The translations under genes were made by a program, and so were the position numbers. The notes beneath the pieces were generated by a model. That model did no database searches. It was not told the origin of the DNA and saw only the letters and a list, made by a program, of their open reading frames with translations. Below are positions 38,251 through 52,395 of a stretch of DNA of 64,000 nt, in pieces (within the stretch, counting starts at the first letter, position 1; every line of letters begins with the position of its first letter). Source of the stretch: the human T2T-CHM13v2.0 reference genome, Homo sapiens. Where the stretch lies: NCBI RefSeq assembly GCF_009914755.1, contig NC_060928.1. One strand, written 5' to 3'.

Positions 38251-39809
38251 ATGACAGGGTCAAATTCACACATAACAATATTAACCTTAAATGTAAATAA
38301 GTTAAATGCTCCAGTTAAAAGACACAGACTGGCAAATTGGATAAAGAGTCAAGACCCATCAGTGTGCTGTATTCAGGAGACCCATCTCACATGCAGAGAC
38401 ACACAGAGGCTCAAAATAAAGGGATGGAGGAAGATCTACCAAGCAAATGGAAAACAAAAAAAGGCAGGGGTTTCAATCCTAGTCTGTGATAAAACAGACT
38501 TTAAACCAACAAAGATCAAAAGAGACAAAGAAGGCCATTACATAATGATTAAGGGATCAATTCAACAAGAAGAGCTAACTATCCTAAATATATATGCACC
38601 CAATACAGGAGCACCCAGATTCATAAAGCAAGTCCTTAGAGACCTACAAAGAGACCTAGACTTCCACAAAATAATAATGGGAGACTTTAACACCCCACTG
38701 TCAACATTAGACAGATCAAGGAGACAGAAAGTTAAAAGGATATCCAGGAATTGAACTCAGCTCTGCACCAAGTGGACCTAATAGACATCTACAGAACTCT
38801 CCACCCCAAATCAACAGAATATACATTCTTCTCAGCACTACATCGCACTTATTCCAAAATTGACCACATAGTTGGAAGTAAAGCACTCCTCAGCAAGTGT
38901 AAAAGAACAGAAATTATAACAAACTGTCTCTCAGATCACATTGCAATCAAACTAGAACTGAGGATTAAGAAACTCACTCAAAACCGCTCAAATACATGGA
39001 AACTGAACAACCTGCTCCTGAATGACTACTGGGTACATAACGAAATGAAGGCAGAAATAAAGATGTTCTTTGAAACCAATGAGAACAAAGACACAACGTA
39101 CCAGAATCTCTGGGACACATTTAAGGCAGGTGTAGAGGGAAATTTATAACACTGAATGCCCACAAGAGAAGGCAGGAAAGATCTAAAATTGACACCCTAA
39201 CATCACAATTAAAATAACTAGAGAAGCAAGAGCAAACACATTCGAAGGCTAGCAGAAGGTAAGAAATAACTAGGATCAGAGCAGAACTGAAGGAGATAGA
39301 GACACAAAAAACCCTTCAAAAAATCAACGAATCCAGGAGCTGGTTTATTGAAAAGATCAACAAAATTGATAGACTGCTAGCAAGACTAATAAAGAAGAAA
39401 AGAGAGAAGAATCAAATAGATGCAATAAAAAATGATAAAGGGGATATCTCCACCAATCCCACAGAAATACAAACTACCATCAGAGAACACTATAAACACG
39501 TCTGCTCAAATAAACTAGAAAAATCGAGAAGAAATGGATATATTCCTGAACACATACACCCTCCCAAGACTAAACCAGGAAGAAGTTGAATCTCTGAATA
39601 GACCAATAACAGGCTCTGAAATTGAGGCAATAATTAATAGCCTAACAACGAAAAAAAGTCCAGGACCAGATGGATTCACAGCCGAATTCTACCAGAGGTA
39701 CAAGGAGGAGCTGGTACCATTCCTTCTGATACTATTCCAATCAATAGAAAAAGAGGGAATCCTCTCTAACTCATGTTATGAGGTCAGCATCATCCTGATA
39801 CCAGAGCCT
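38251..39809 (+). pseudogene. L1 ORF2 endonuclease/Z region remnant (preceded by ORF1 C-terminus ending at 38187)
   Basis: MTGSNSHITILTLNVN, IQETH, NIYAP, GDFN, SDH motifs; frameshift near 38730-38750. Confidence 0.92.
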
Positions 39810-41519
39810 AGCCTATTTCTTATAACACGTCTCTTTCTCTTTCACTTTCTTTTCCTGTTTCTTCTTCTCTTTCTCTCTCTAAATCTCATTAGCCATGTTT
39901 TTCTGGAGAATATTGACTAATACAATAACCAAAAGTGAAAACATTATACAAGTTTCTTAAAAATATATTTTATTAAAGAACTTCATATAGTTGAGTTCCA
40001 CTGTGAAAATTTTCACTTGTTTTTTTGTTTTTGTTTATGGTGTGGATAAACTTTCAAATATATTAATTTTAATATCACACCTACTATTTGTGAATCTTCA
40101 TTTTTCATGATATGTTCCACTTTCTTAAAGATATTTTTGTGAGAAATAGAAATTTACACAAGTTGTAGTATGTCTCATTAAGAAAGTGATATGTATTTAT
40201 CAGCAAATAAGATCGTATATGCAAAAGACTTACAGATAAGGTGTAAAGGACTATTAAACTGGTAGTTATTACTGGGCATTATCATTTAGTCTACTGCCCA
40301 GTCCCTTAAACTGATTACATTATGTGATTAGTATTCAATAGATGCGTGCTAAATACACATGCATACATTTGCATACATATTTACATATTTGTAATTATAT
40401 ATATAGAGAGAGAGAACAGCAAAAAAGGTAAAAGTTACTTGAGTACTTGAAGCATGCCCCTCAAATGATAATATACCATAATAATATAAAATATTATGAA
40501 TGAAAATGCAATGAGAAGAAGAGAGTAAGTAGAATCAAGGACAAACACAGGTGACACAAAGAACGCTCTTTTTAAAGCATTCCTAGTTAGATATTAATAT
40601 CCCATTCAGCAAATATTTATTAACTACTTACATCTAAAAGAAGCTTTGTAGTCCTGGCCAAGGACAAAAGAATTGGACAATTAACTATCATGAAGTCATT
40701 GTAAAGTTAGAAATGCGGAAGACTAAGTAAAGCTGCCCAATTTTCTAATCCCATTGATATTATAGAATAGCAACTCAAAGAAAAAGAAGGGAGTGAGGAA
40801 ATCAGGCTAGTATTCATCTGTATAGAAATAGCATCTGCCTTTGAGCTTGTAGTGTAAAGGTGATAATTTACATTGTCCTGAAGTTCTTCTCTTTCTTTCC
40901 TTGTAAGAGAGAAACTGCTTTTATGATACTTTTCCTTTCATTGGCTTTCCAAAAGGTGTCATGTAATGTTTCTAATTTAGGTTTTATTCTTTCAGAAAAT
41001 TGCCATTTTTTTTAAAAAAAAGACACTTGTCACAATGTAATATCAGCAGCTTTATGTTGGGTAGCATTATGCATCTTACGATGTCTTTAGTTAAAGATGC
41101 TTTGCATAAGAACTAGTCTGTCAAGGCCTCTTTTAAGCTGCCCCCATTGTATAACCTTGATTAAGCACCTCTCTTATACCTTCAAAAGACTGAACTTAGC
41201 ATAGTTTTGCTAAGTTGTGATGTTTTCATTATTTGAAAGTATTCATTTGTCTGTCACACATTATGCAGGAATATGCCTTAGGCTACTAAAGCTTGTGGAA
41301 TTAACATTAAATGCATGATATAAATAATTATTTCAATAAACTTTTTTTTATTTCTATCACTTCTAGATTCTGTAGTTATACAATCACATTTTCATTTTAA
41401 TATTAACTTCTTGGATTTTTCTAATGATAAAAAAATTATGTTCAAGCATTTATTACCTCCCTTCTCCACCCAGGCTGTGTGTGCCAAGTGTTTTATTACT
41501 GCTTTTAATTTTGTAACTA

Positions 41520-41952
41520 CAGTTGACTTCTGAACAATGCAAGGGTTAGAAGTAACCAAATTCCTGGCACAGTCAAAAATCTTCATATAATTTTTGACTC
41601 TCCCAAATCTTGTAATATTCTACTGTTGACTAGAAGCCTTACTCATAACATAGTCAATTAACACATATTTTGTAGGTTTTATATATATATATATATTATA
41701 TACTATATTCTTAGAGTAAGCTAGAGAAAAATATGTTATTAAGATAATCATAAGGAAGCGAAAATATATTTAGTATTTTTAAGTGGAAGTGGATCATCAA
41801 AAAGGTTTTTATGCTTATCATCTTCATGTTGAATAGGTTGATGATAAGGAGGAGGAAGGGCAATAGTTCCTCTTGCTGTCTCAGAAGTGGCAGAGGCAGA
41901 AGAAAATCCAAATACTAGCAGACCTACACAGTTCAAACCCATTGTTAAACTG
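41520..41952 (-). mobile_element. Tigger2a MITE
   Basis: TA-CAGTTGACTTCTGAACAA...AACTG-TA; homologous to 13880-14358. Confidence 0.85.
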
Positions 41953-43980
41953 TAGTTCTGTTTTCCACAGCTTGCTGTTACTCTGTGTGATCTAGCAAAT
42001 GCCACAGACAGGGAAACAAGAACTGTCTTAAATAATGCATGGGCTCCTTCTGTAGAAGTTTTTGGTGCAAGGATAGGAATACCACACTGCTTTATAATTT
42101 GACTAATTGAGAATAAGTTAATGCATCATTTGTGTAAATTTATACTCAGTAATAAACAGAAATTCCATGTATCTTGTAAAGAAAAGAACTGCAAAAGAGA
42201 ATAGAGACAGTGCTATTGCTTGAAGATATTCAAAATATTCTTAACATACCTCTTGTTTGGTTAGGATTTAGAATTTATGGCATAATATTTTGATTACTAA
42301 AAGTGTCTTTGCTTTAAAATATTCATTTTACATTATTTAAAATATTGCAAAATTGTTATAGTTTGTCAGAATCTAAATGCTTTAAAGAACAAATAATATT
42401 TAATTAGGAAAACATAATACTAATAATTAAAATCAATTTTTACATTTTTTATGAGGATGGTGAATATAGTAGTAGTTCGATGACTCCAAAGTTAATCATA
42501 CATTTTTATGATTATAATATCATTTATGAAGAAATCTCCAATAGGAGTTATATTAAAATACAGATTATATATTCTAAGATCATTAAAATAAATATTAATA
42601 GATGTGGTAATGCACATTAAATATTTGTTCTTAGTTTTGAAAATTAAATCGATCACAGTATTTATGTCTTATTTTTAAATAAAAACATATGAAGTCTTAT
42701 TCTCTGCTCAAATGTCTTCATCTAAGAATTTATAACAAGATAGGAAAAATGAAACTCAATCACTTAGCTGAATCTAATTGGCAGAGCCTAAACTTAATAC
42801 ATCAAGTAAAAGATGTGGTCAAACAGGAATAAATAATAAAACAAATCAAGACAAAAATCCTCATTTTTTTTGCATGAAGTGGAAGTAAAAAACTCTGAGA
42901 ATAAAGAAACAAGCCCTATGATTCTGATAAGGGTACAATTAGCAAGTGTTAAGTGGAAAAGCTACCGACTTTAAAATAATATTAAATGGAGTTAGGTCCG
43001 AGAAAAGAAAATTGATATAAGGCAGTGTGAAGCAAGTTAATTTTGTTTATGTTTTCAATTGTTTAAAGCCTATCATTATTTTATTATTTAAATTAATTAC
43101 TTGTAGAACTAGAACTTATTTGGAAAATCTTAGAAACTCAAATGACCTCTCTGCACACACATTTTACTGAAATGAATAACATGTACATATGAATACAATA
43201 TGTATGTTATTATATATCTATAATAATATAAGCCTATGATATATATGATATATAAATATATGTTATATGTCATATATAATATACAATATACCTATAATAA
43301 TATACATATGAATCACCCATATGCAATGAATAATATGTACGTATTTATCAATATTTTAGTAACTGTTTCTGCATAATCCAATTATGCTAAAATAGAAGAA
43401 ATATTTTCCCTCAGAAATATTTTTAGCGTTTTTATCTTCTCTGAATGGAAAATCCTACTTACATTGTCAGTACTATATTTTATTAAATTTATTGTAATAT
43501 TTATTTTCTATGTTACACAAAAATGTTTATTTCATGGAGGATTATACTTTTATTTGTTTAAGTGACTGTTTTTTATAGTAACATTAACAAGATTTTATAT
43601 TATTTTCTAACAATTATAGAACAAATCTGGAGAAAAACCCCCTTCATAGAAAAATGGATATAGCTCATTCAACATACACTTTGTAAATGAGCAAGTAACT
43701 ATTAACTATGAGTACTTTTGGCTTATTTTGCATTTAACAATATAAGGTGGTCATTTTATAAAATTGTTTTCTAAGTGCTGTATACTATCTAATACTATGA
43801 ATACACAATCATTAACTTAAAATCCCATTATTGGGTGCATTTAAAGTGCTTTGATGTTTTCCTGCTGTGGTATACAAATAGGAATCATAACTTTCCTTTT
43901 TCCTTTGATCATTTATTTAAGATATATGCTACACAAATACATGAACATTAAACAACTTTCTACTAAATAACTATTAGATG

Positions 43981-44250
43981 AACACTGAAACTGAGACAGA
44001 AATAAAAAATACCTTGAAATTAATTAAAATAGGGACACAACTTATCAAAATCCTTGAGATGCAGTGTTGAGAGGAAAGTTTATAGCCCTAAACACCTTCA
44101 TTAAGAAGTTAGAACAATCATAAATTAACAACCTAACTTTGCACCTAACAGAAATGGGGGAAAAAAAGAGCAAACCAAATCCAAGGATAGCAGAAGACTA
44201 TAATAACTAAAATTGCAGAAGAACTTAATGAAATTGAGATGCAAAAACAC
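43981..44250 (+). mobile_element. isolated internal ORF2 fragment of an old primate L1
   Basis: GAGGAAAGTTTATAGCCCTAAAC...GAACTTAATGAAATTGAGATGCAAAAA; no 3' UTR. Confidence 0.8.
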
Positions 44251-45319
44251 ACTGTCATTTTTCCTGAGCTGTAAACATTTATTTTTTATCATGTTAGTGA
44301 TTAGAATGTGTTTTTTAGATTCTGAATATAGCTTTCAATATTAAATAATTTTAATATTTTTATTGGATTTTTCATATAAATTAATGTCTATTTGTACAGT
44401 ATTGAGAATTTTTTACTTGTGGCTTGTCATTATTTTGTAAATATTGCTTTGGAATTTGTAAGGTTGTTAATCATCTATATTTTGGGTACAATACTTTCTA
44501 TGTATTCAAAGAAAGAGAAATAGAATCATAGTGTTCAATATTTATTATTTCATTGTTTAATTCTTTTAGATGCTCAATTTTCAGACTAAAGCAGGACAAA
44601 TATAATATATGAAGGAGTTGCATTAAATTCTATATTATGATTACAGTTATGTATTTATTTCAAATCTAATATTTCTTTACCTTTTGATATTCCATTGCTT
44701 ATAGAAGTAACCTGTAATAATTTTAATAATTTTTTTAAATCTTAAATATACTGCTCTTATTAATATTTTCATCTTAAATAATACTTAGTTTAGTTACTAA
44801 TACTGCTGTTTTAGCTTCCTTCTGTTACTTATTTTTCTATTGTGAGATAGATGATGTTTCAAAGAAAAAAGTAGATATGACTCAATCTTTTAAAAATCTC
44901 TAAAATGAAAAATAATCTGTTAATGGCACTGTTTCTTCTAAGCCAAAGTGATTTGAGAGACAAATTAAAACAAGGGAAGAGAAAATATTCTATTCATTAT
45001 GGTGTCTTTATGGTATACAAATGTATATTAAGAGTCAGAAAATTTTATACTGCAAATTAATACAATTTTTATACAATAAATATACCTAAATAAAATTTTA
45101 AAAATATGTTCCTTTTTTAAAAAAATTAAGTTATTTTTACCATGTCTTTTTGTGGAAAATATTTGAAAATTCGTATCATTCTATTGTGCAAATATAAGTG
45201 ACTTTTGTATGTTTTATTGCTGAATGTTTAGTTTAATTCACTGCATTAACCATTATACATAGTGCTGTCTTTGTACAGAAATGTCTGTGGATCTCTTACT
45301 TTTGTTTTTTCTATGTGAT

Positions 45320-45502
45320 GAGACTGGAAATTAAAGGTACAGTAACCGTGCCTGCCCACTAGCAATAGATACAAGGAAATCCTACACTGTCTTGAGATTT
45401 TTCCATATTTTCCAAATCTCTGTAAATAATTGGTTTATCAAACTCTCCTGAAATTTCCCAATTTGAATATACTCTTTTCTGCCAGGACCCTAACTGACAA
45501 CA
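45320..45502 (+). mobile_element. ERVL LTR 3' fragment (LTR41-like)
   Basis: ends CTGCCAGGACCCTAACTGACA. Confidence 0.4.
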
Positions 45503-48500
45503 TGTTCCTCAAAATTTTATATTTCTATAATCTAGTTATATGTTAAAATTTAAAATGTTATACATACCATCACATATTTATCAGTGGCTTTGTTATTATT
45601 GCTATTAACATTATTTTTGATTAGTTGTTTTGGAATGCCTGCACTGAGATATTAATCATATGGCATATTTGGGGTTAGTTTTTTGATCGCGGAAAAATTA
45701 CATTGTTGTATTTATCCCTTCTATTATTTTTAAAAGGAAAAAGTTGAAGCAGTTATTTTCATTACCTTCCAAAAATTGAAATGTTGAAGGCATTTAAAAT
45801 ACACTTGTAAAATACTAACACACGAGTTCCTTCAAAGTTACATAACGAATGTGAAAATTGAGTCACATAGCTACAGGCCTGCTAAACACTTCAGTAAAAT
45901 GTGTGCCTGCACCATCCACATTTGCATGAAAGCAAGCTATGAGTAACTCTACAGAAACATGAATTTGGAAGCTATCTTTACTAGACCCACAGTGGTCAAG
46001 TTACGTGATAGAAAAAGAGAATGGATTTCCCCTTATTTTTCAGGGAATTCTGTAAAACAAACAACTTCCATCTCCACATTATACAAACTTTGTATTTTGC
46101 TTTTCTTCTATGTTTATTTTTCTCGATGTTTTCCATTCTATATCCAAATAGAGGGAGAAACAAAAACAAAAACAATAATACAGTTATTTGCTTATACAGT
46201 TTAAATGATTCCTTCATGTTTATTTAGATAAAAGTGAGGCCAAACAAATAAAACAGGGTAAAAACTTTGGTAACATTTTGGATTTTACCTAAGAAATATT
46301 TAATCAATAAAAATAGATTGATAAATCATTTAAAAAGCAGTTAAACTGCTATTTACAAGAGATATAAATATGATGATTAAGACATATTTTTTTCTTTTGA
46401 GCAACTTGTAAAATAATCAAACATAGACATAAAGAGTTAGAAGTATGTTCAGAGTATAATGAAGAATAATAATGAGGGATTATGAGATTAAATAATAAGG
46501 AATGCTCAATTCATTAAGTGTGCTAGTTGATTGTACTCTATTTTGTAATTTAAAAAGGTATTTTTTTTTTAGAAAATAATTATAGGACTAGAAAATTCAG
46601 ACCAACAGTTCTAAAAACAATTATGGCTAAGAGGTTCTGATGAGAAAGAGAAATTCTGAAGGAATTAACAATATGCAAAATTCAAAAACCGTTTCCATTT
46701 ATTATGTGTGATTGATTTTTGTGAAATCTTACTTGGTGCCTCTCTCTTTTTCCTCCTCAACTCTTTTGAAATTTTCTGACTGTTATAAAATATCCTTTTC
46801 CGCTCTTCAATCTGTGTTATTTTTCTGTTTGTTAGAGAAGAGGTTTTGGAAACATTTGCCATAACTAACAATGTGCAGGCACGGTTTCCACTTACACAAG
46901 TCTGAAGAGACTTCAGTATTCTCTTATGATTTCATGAAATGTAAGTCAGCCAGCCAGACTTAGCAGTCATTGATCTGTGAGACCTCATTCAATCTAGTTA
47001 CCCATGATCTAGGCAGTTTTCAGTCAAAAAAAAATTTTTTTTAGTGCTTTTCAAACCACCATATCAAGAAAAAAAGAAAGTTAAATGGATTTCGCAGACA
47101 AATGCTCAAATATAACTTTGTCTCTAATAAATTACATCAACTTTACTCCTTGGCAAGTTTATTTATCTTTCCTGTTGACAATCTGTAGATGAAAATACAT
47201 TGATGTAAATGAAAACTACTTCAAATATACCCATATTTATCTGGCATTTATCTTAGAGAAAACTATATGTGAATCCAAAAAAGCCCAGGATTGGTATAAT
47301 TAAGACAAAGCCGTCTGATAACAAATGATATACATGTTACCAGGCAACATATTTTGTGTGTTCAAAACTGTACAAAATAGGCATATTTTATTAGTCTATG
47401 TACCAACTCTATTGCTTTCTATTTAAATACAGACCACCTCGTTTTGGTTGCAATTGGATCCCCAGGGAAATGGAACCTACCTAATTCTAAAAGATGTCTA
47501 TTTCTCCTGTCAAAAGATAAATATGTAGGAAAATGTATTTTGCATGAATTCCATTATGATAATAGTCAAAAGTGTCTTTTGTTTTGTTTTCTACTGTAAA
47601 ACAATTACTGTTTTTTTTAGGCCATGATTAGTCTTATGCATTTATAAAGTTTACTTAATAAATTTTATACAATCAACTTTATCTAATAAAGTCTATGAAT
47701 ACAATAATGTTAGGCATTTAAGTTTATATACAATAAACTTTAAGTATCTCTTTTTGAAACCAAAGCATTTGAAAGCAAATCAAGAAAATATCTAGCAAAA
47801 TGTATTAACATATAGTACAATAAAAGATGAGTTAGTTTTGAGATTACATTTAACATGTATTAAATAAATATAAGTATATATTATTCTTTAAAATGAGTTT
47901 AATTTAAAATAATTAAAAATAAAATATCAATCTGTAATTTTTTGTTTTATTGGAATTTTTACATGTTTAACAAGTATCTGGCAGTCTATAGTCTGGAAAA
48001 TATTCTAAACACTATGATGGAAGAAAAATCTAGTAAGAATTGTTTTAAAGGTTTTAGTAGTAAATATAAGGATCATTATTTTATTTGCCATCTTGGATGA
48101 AGTAAAAATATTCAAGGACCTTGAACCCTTTCCCAAAGATAAGATTCAGCAACAACCAATATTTGGATAAATAATTATTGAGTTTGAATTATGACTGAAG
48201 TATGTAACTCCTAAAGAACCAGTGGTCTCATTAATTGTTGCACATGTATGGAAAATACTTCATGAAAAGTCTTCTTGTAAAGGTAAGGGATGCAAATTAT
48301 TTAAATTCATGGGTTGCTTTATTTTCATGAAAATCTGAGCAACTATAAAAGAAGCCAATTGTGAGCCTCTGTTCTTCTTAGAAAACTAGAGTTGTCAAGT
48401 TGTCTACAATTCTAGAAGATACCTTCTCATTTAGGAACTGGGTATGCTTTAAGACCATATATATATGGTCTTAAATATAAATAAATGTACATATACAATC

Positions 48501-48944
48501 ATCATACTTTTTTAGTTTATCATTTTCCATTCTTTAACCAGGGCCACCATGTAGAACATATACATTACAACCATGTTTTAGGCCCTACGCAACTGAATGT
48601 GGCAGCTTATGGAATATAAAGTTTGATCAAGAAAATAAATTGAGGTAAACTAACCTATAAACCGCTATCAGATTGAATTATAAGCTACTTATTATATAAC
48701 TCAGACATATAAAACTCTTTGGACTTGTAGGGAACATTATGAGAGATAATAATTCCTTGGAGGAAACATTTATCTTTCTTGGAAATTACTAAATAAAAAT
48801 AAATTAGAAGATTAGGAAGCTAAATCCATGTATAGTTGAAGAAAAGTTATATGCTTAAATGTCTTGAGAAGAGCCAATGATCTGACTGAATGAAAGAAGA
48901 GATCAGTCAGTTATTTTTAGTTAAAATTTTTAAAGATTAGATGT

Positions 48945-48999
48945 TGTATTAGTCTGTGTTCTCCAGAGAAACAGAACCAACAGGAAGTATGCATGTGTG
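48945..48999 (-). mobile_element. MLT2 terminal fragment
   Basis: TGTATTAGTCTGTGTTCTCCAGAGAAACAGAACCAACAGGA. Confidence 0.75.
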
Positions 49000-49492
49000 T
49001 GTTACATTCTTTCATGGATGTATCTGCATTTCCAGTGCCTTCATTCCGAATTTTCTTATTTGAGGACTTGGTGTAGAGGTCTTCTTTAGGTGCCTCAGGG
49101 GAGGCTTTCTTATTGGAGAGAAGAGGGGTAGAATTTGAAGACACTTTCCTCACTTTGACTCAGTACTGGGTACTCTTTTTCCATTCTTAGCCCTTACCTC
49201 TTGCTCTCCCTTCAATTTCCAGTCCATAAAACTACCACAGCCTTTTGTTTTAGAGCTCCCTCAATGGTGAGACAACCCCCATGTCTGTGCTGATTCACCG
49301 GAGTCTCCTGCTCTGTTCCATGGGTGTAAATGCAACAGGGAGAGTTAACTCTTTTTCTGAGTTTAGCCCCTTGCTTATACTGTTGCAGTAAGTGATTGAG
49401 ACATTAACTCCATTTTTGACCAGTTGATTTAATCAACTACCCTGATACCTGGCAGCTCAGCGCTGTCTCCCAGTTCAGCTAGGCACCTGACA
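49000..49492 (+). mobile_element. probable solo LTR (possibly LTR47-like ERVL)
   Basis: TG...CA bounded ~490-bp block with raised GC and a CATAAAA TATA-like site; family uncertain, no clean TSD. Confidence 0.45.
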
Positions 49493-49759
49493 GAATGTAG
49501 TGAAGAATTAAATTGATAGCGTCGGGTCAAAGCACTCAGCCAGATCACTCTTTTACTGTACACTGAAGGTTTTAATATTTCTTACTTAAACTAATTCATC
49601 AAACTCCACAAATGTACCTCCACAAGTAATTGGGTGACAAATATTATTTTCTATTCTTAATTGAATTGTCACACTTTCACCATTATCATTTCTGATAGTC
49701 TTTGGAAAGTTTGCTGGAAGGAAATTAACTCCTCTCACTGATACACACATGTGTGCATG

Positions 49760-50420
49760 CATTCATTTATTATTTATAAAACAAATATGTATTCAGTCTG
49801 TGAGCCCTGGTATGTATAAAATAGTGTGGACTTGGCCTAATGAATAAGACATGGCTTATATTTTCGAAGAAGTGGAAGATTGGTGTAGAAGACAGACTTG
49901 TAAAAATGTAAGTACTTTATTTAAGTAAAAGAAACCTTTTGTGGAACCAGAGAGGAGAGACCAGCTAACTTTGTTAGGTTAAATATGGTAAGATGTTATT
50001 GAAGAGATAACACTTCAGACAAATCTTAAAGGATGAGTTGAAATTTTCATAGATTGAAAAAGTGGCATATAATATTTGGGGAATGGAAAACAAATGGAAA
50101 AGGAGTATTAAAAAAGTCGCAGGAGTATAAAAATGTATGCAATGGCAGTGAACAGGATAAGTTCAATACTGTTGGAAGAAAGCTTTTAATTAATGCATTA
50201 ACTAATGCAGATGACACTAACAATACATTTTGAAGAATCTTGGCTATCATGCTTAAGAACTGTAACTTTGTCACTGAAAGATGTGGTGATATATAAATTT
50301 TTAAGGTTATACAGTCTGAGAACTTTGTGCATGATGTATGGTAATGAAGAAATAGATTATTAACAAGAAGTCTGTATCAACAGTGAAAGCCAGAAAAACC
50401 ATAGTCGTTTTCATCTAAGG
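49760..50420 (-). mobile_element. L2 fragment
   Basis: ATTCATTTATT...AAATATGTATT start; ATCTTAAAGGATGAGT motif. Confidence 0.55.
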
Positions 50421-51807
50421 CCTCATTAGAATAACTTATGCAACTTTCAGGGAAGGTAGATGCTTGGGCTACAATCCAGGCTTTCTGAATCAGAATTTAA
50501 GGGGAGAAACCTAATCACATGTACATTAAAATTTCCCACGGGTTAAAGTTTTCCAAAGTAAAATGAGAATAATTAGTAGAAAATGGTGATGAATGCAGAA
50601 AATCGAAATGAATTCAAGATACCTTTTAAGTCTGGAGTAAAAATACTTTCATGATTTGTTCTGATAATTGAGGAATAATGCTGTGTTGACTATGTCTAAG
50701 TACATAATGATAATATCAATGAAAATGTTAGACAACAAGAAGAGATAAATCTTTGGAATAGTAGAAAATAAATTCTGTCTTCATTATATGGATGTTGGAT
50801 TGTATCAACATATTAAACTACAAATTACATTAATTCCTCTGTGGATTCTTCACTGCCTATTCACATTTATGCAGTTTTAAGAAACATGCTTCTATGTTTT
50901 ATGTAAAATTAATTAGAAAATATTGCTTTATTTATGTGATATTGTACTTGGAATGATATTTTATCAAAAGGACATTTTCTTTTACAGAAGAGATTTGCAG
51001 AGGGTTTTTTTTTTAGTTTGGTACATGTGTTTTTCTATTAATATTTCTAACAACTGTGTTCATAATTCATTTGGGTACTTTCTGTCTGCTGGATAACTGA
51101 CTTCCAGATTTCATATCCATTCATATGACCCCATTCTGAATTCTCAGTATAAAACTGCTACTGCCTGTAACAGGTGATTAATTTCTCATATGATGTTTAC
51201 TGCCATGACATAAATCTTCCTGGATTTGTATGTCTAACCGATTACATTTTTTCTCCATCAGGGCATGTAGTTTTTACAAAATTCTTAAATGGTCTATTTC
51301 CAGAATATGTTTTTAAACTGTGTGTTTGCTTTCTATCTATATTTTACATGATATACACTTCCTATGAACAGAACTATTTTTCTGGACATTGAAATAGAAT
51401 TTTTTTGTGAATTGTCATAATTTAAAATTCCATAATTATATGAGATAATTCTTATAAATATATTAAATATTTAATATATTATATATTTATTGAATGTATC
51501 TTTATATCTTTATATTTATTGTGTACATTTATAAAGATGTTATCATTACTGATTTTAAAATATTAATATGTAAATATTGCAGTTGAATCATCAATCTATA
51601 TTATTAGTCAATGGGCAGACAGATGTGTCAGATGCTTTTCTCTATTTTATGGTTATAAAGCAAATGGCATCATAATAGAGAATTTTGCAAATGCAAAAAT
51701 TATAGGATTTGATTGTTTAAAATAGTATCAATCATTCACCAAAACATGCCTGGAATTATTTGTTGTATGAATACCAGTGCTTTGTATTTGAATACACATA
51801 ACCTACA

Positions 51808-52395
51808 GGCAGTAGACAGGATTTTACGATGGCCTCCATGATTCCTGGTCCCTGTTATATAAACCTTGATTATAATCCCCTCCCCTTGAGTTCTGACAGA
51901 ACCTGTGAATATATAATATTACTTTTGTAATCTTATTACTAATCAGTTGACTTTGATTTCATTAAGAGGGAGCTTACCAGGTGAGATTCATATAATCAAC
52001 TGAGTCTTTATGAAGACTGGGCTCTTTTTGAAGTCAGAGACATAGAAAGTGGAGAGAACCTACGCAGGAGGCCACACAGCTAGGGACTGTGGGCAGTCGC
52101 CAAAGCAGAAAGTAGTTCCTATCCAACAGCCAGAAGGAGAATGAGGGTCTTGGTCAAAATAATCATGAGATAGTTAATTCTTCCAAAATCCACATGAGTT
52201 TGAAAGAGGACCCTCATGTCAGAAAGGAACACAGTTCAGCTGATACCATGATTTTAGCCTTGTGAGATTCTGGGTAGAAAACCCAATTCAGCCATACCTC
52301 AATTTCTGACCTATCAAATTGTAGGATAATAAATGGTGTTGTTTGAAGTAACGAATTGGTGGTAATTTATTACACAGTGCTAGAACACTAATACC
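51808..52395 (+). mobile_element. MLT1E/F-like solo LTR
   Basis: GATGGCCTCCATGATTCCTG, ATAATCCCCTCCCCTTGAGT, GGTAATTTATTACACAG...CTAATAC. Confidence 0.8.

Noticed and set aside
51457-51480. 24-bp perfect palindrome AATATATTAAATATTTAATATATT
   Set aside because: A/T only, in low-complexity sequence, so plausible by chance or slippage
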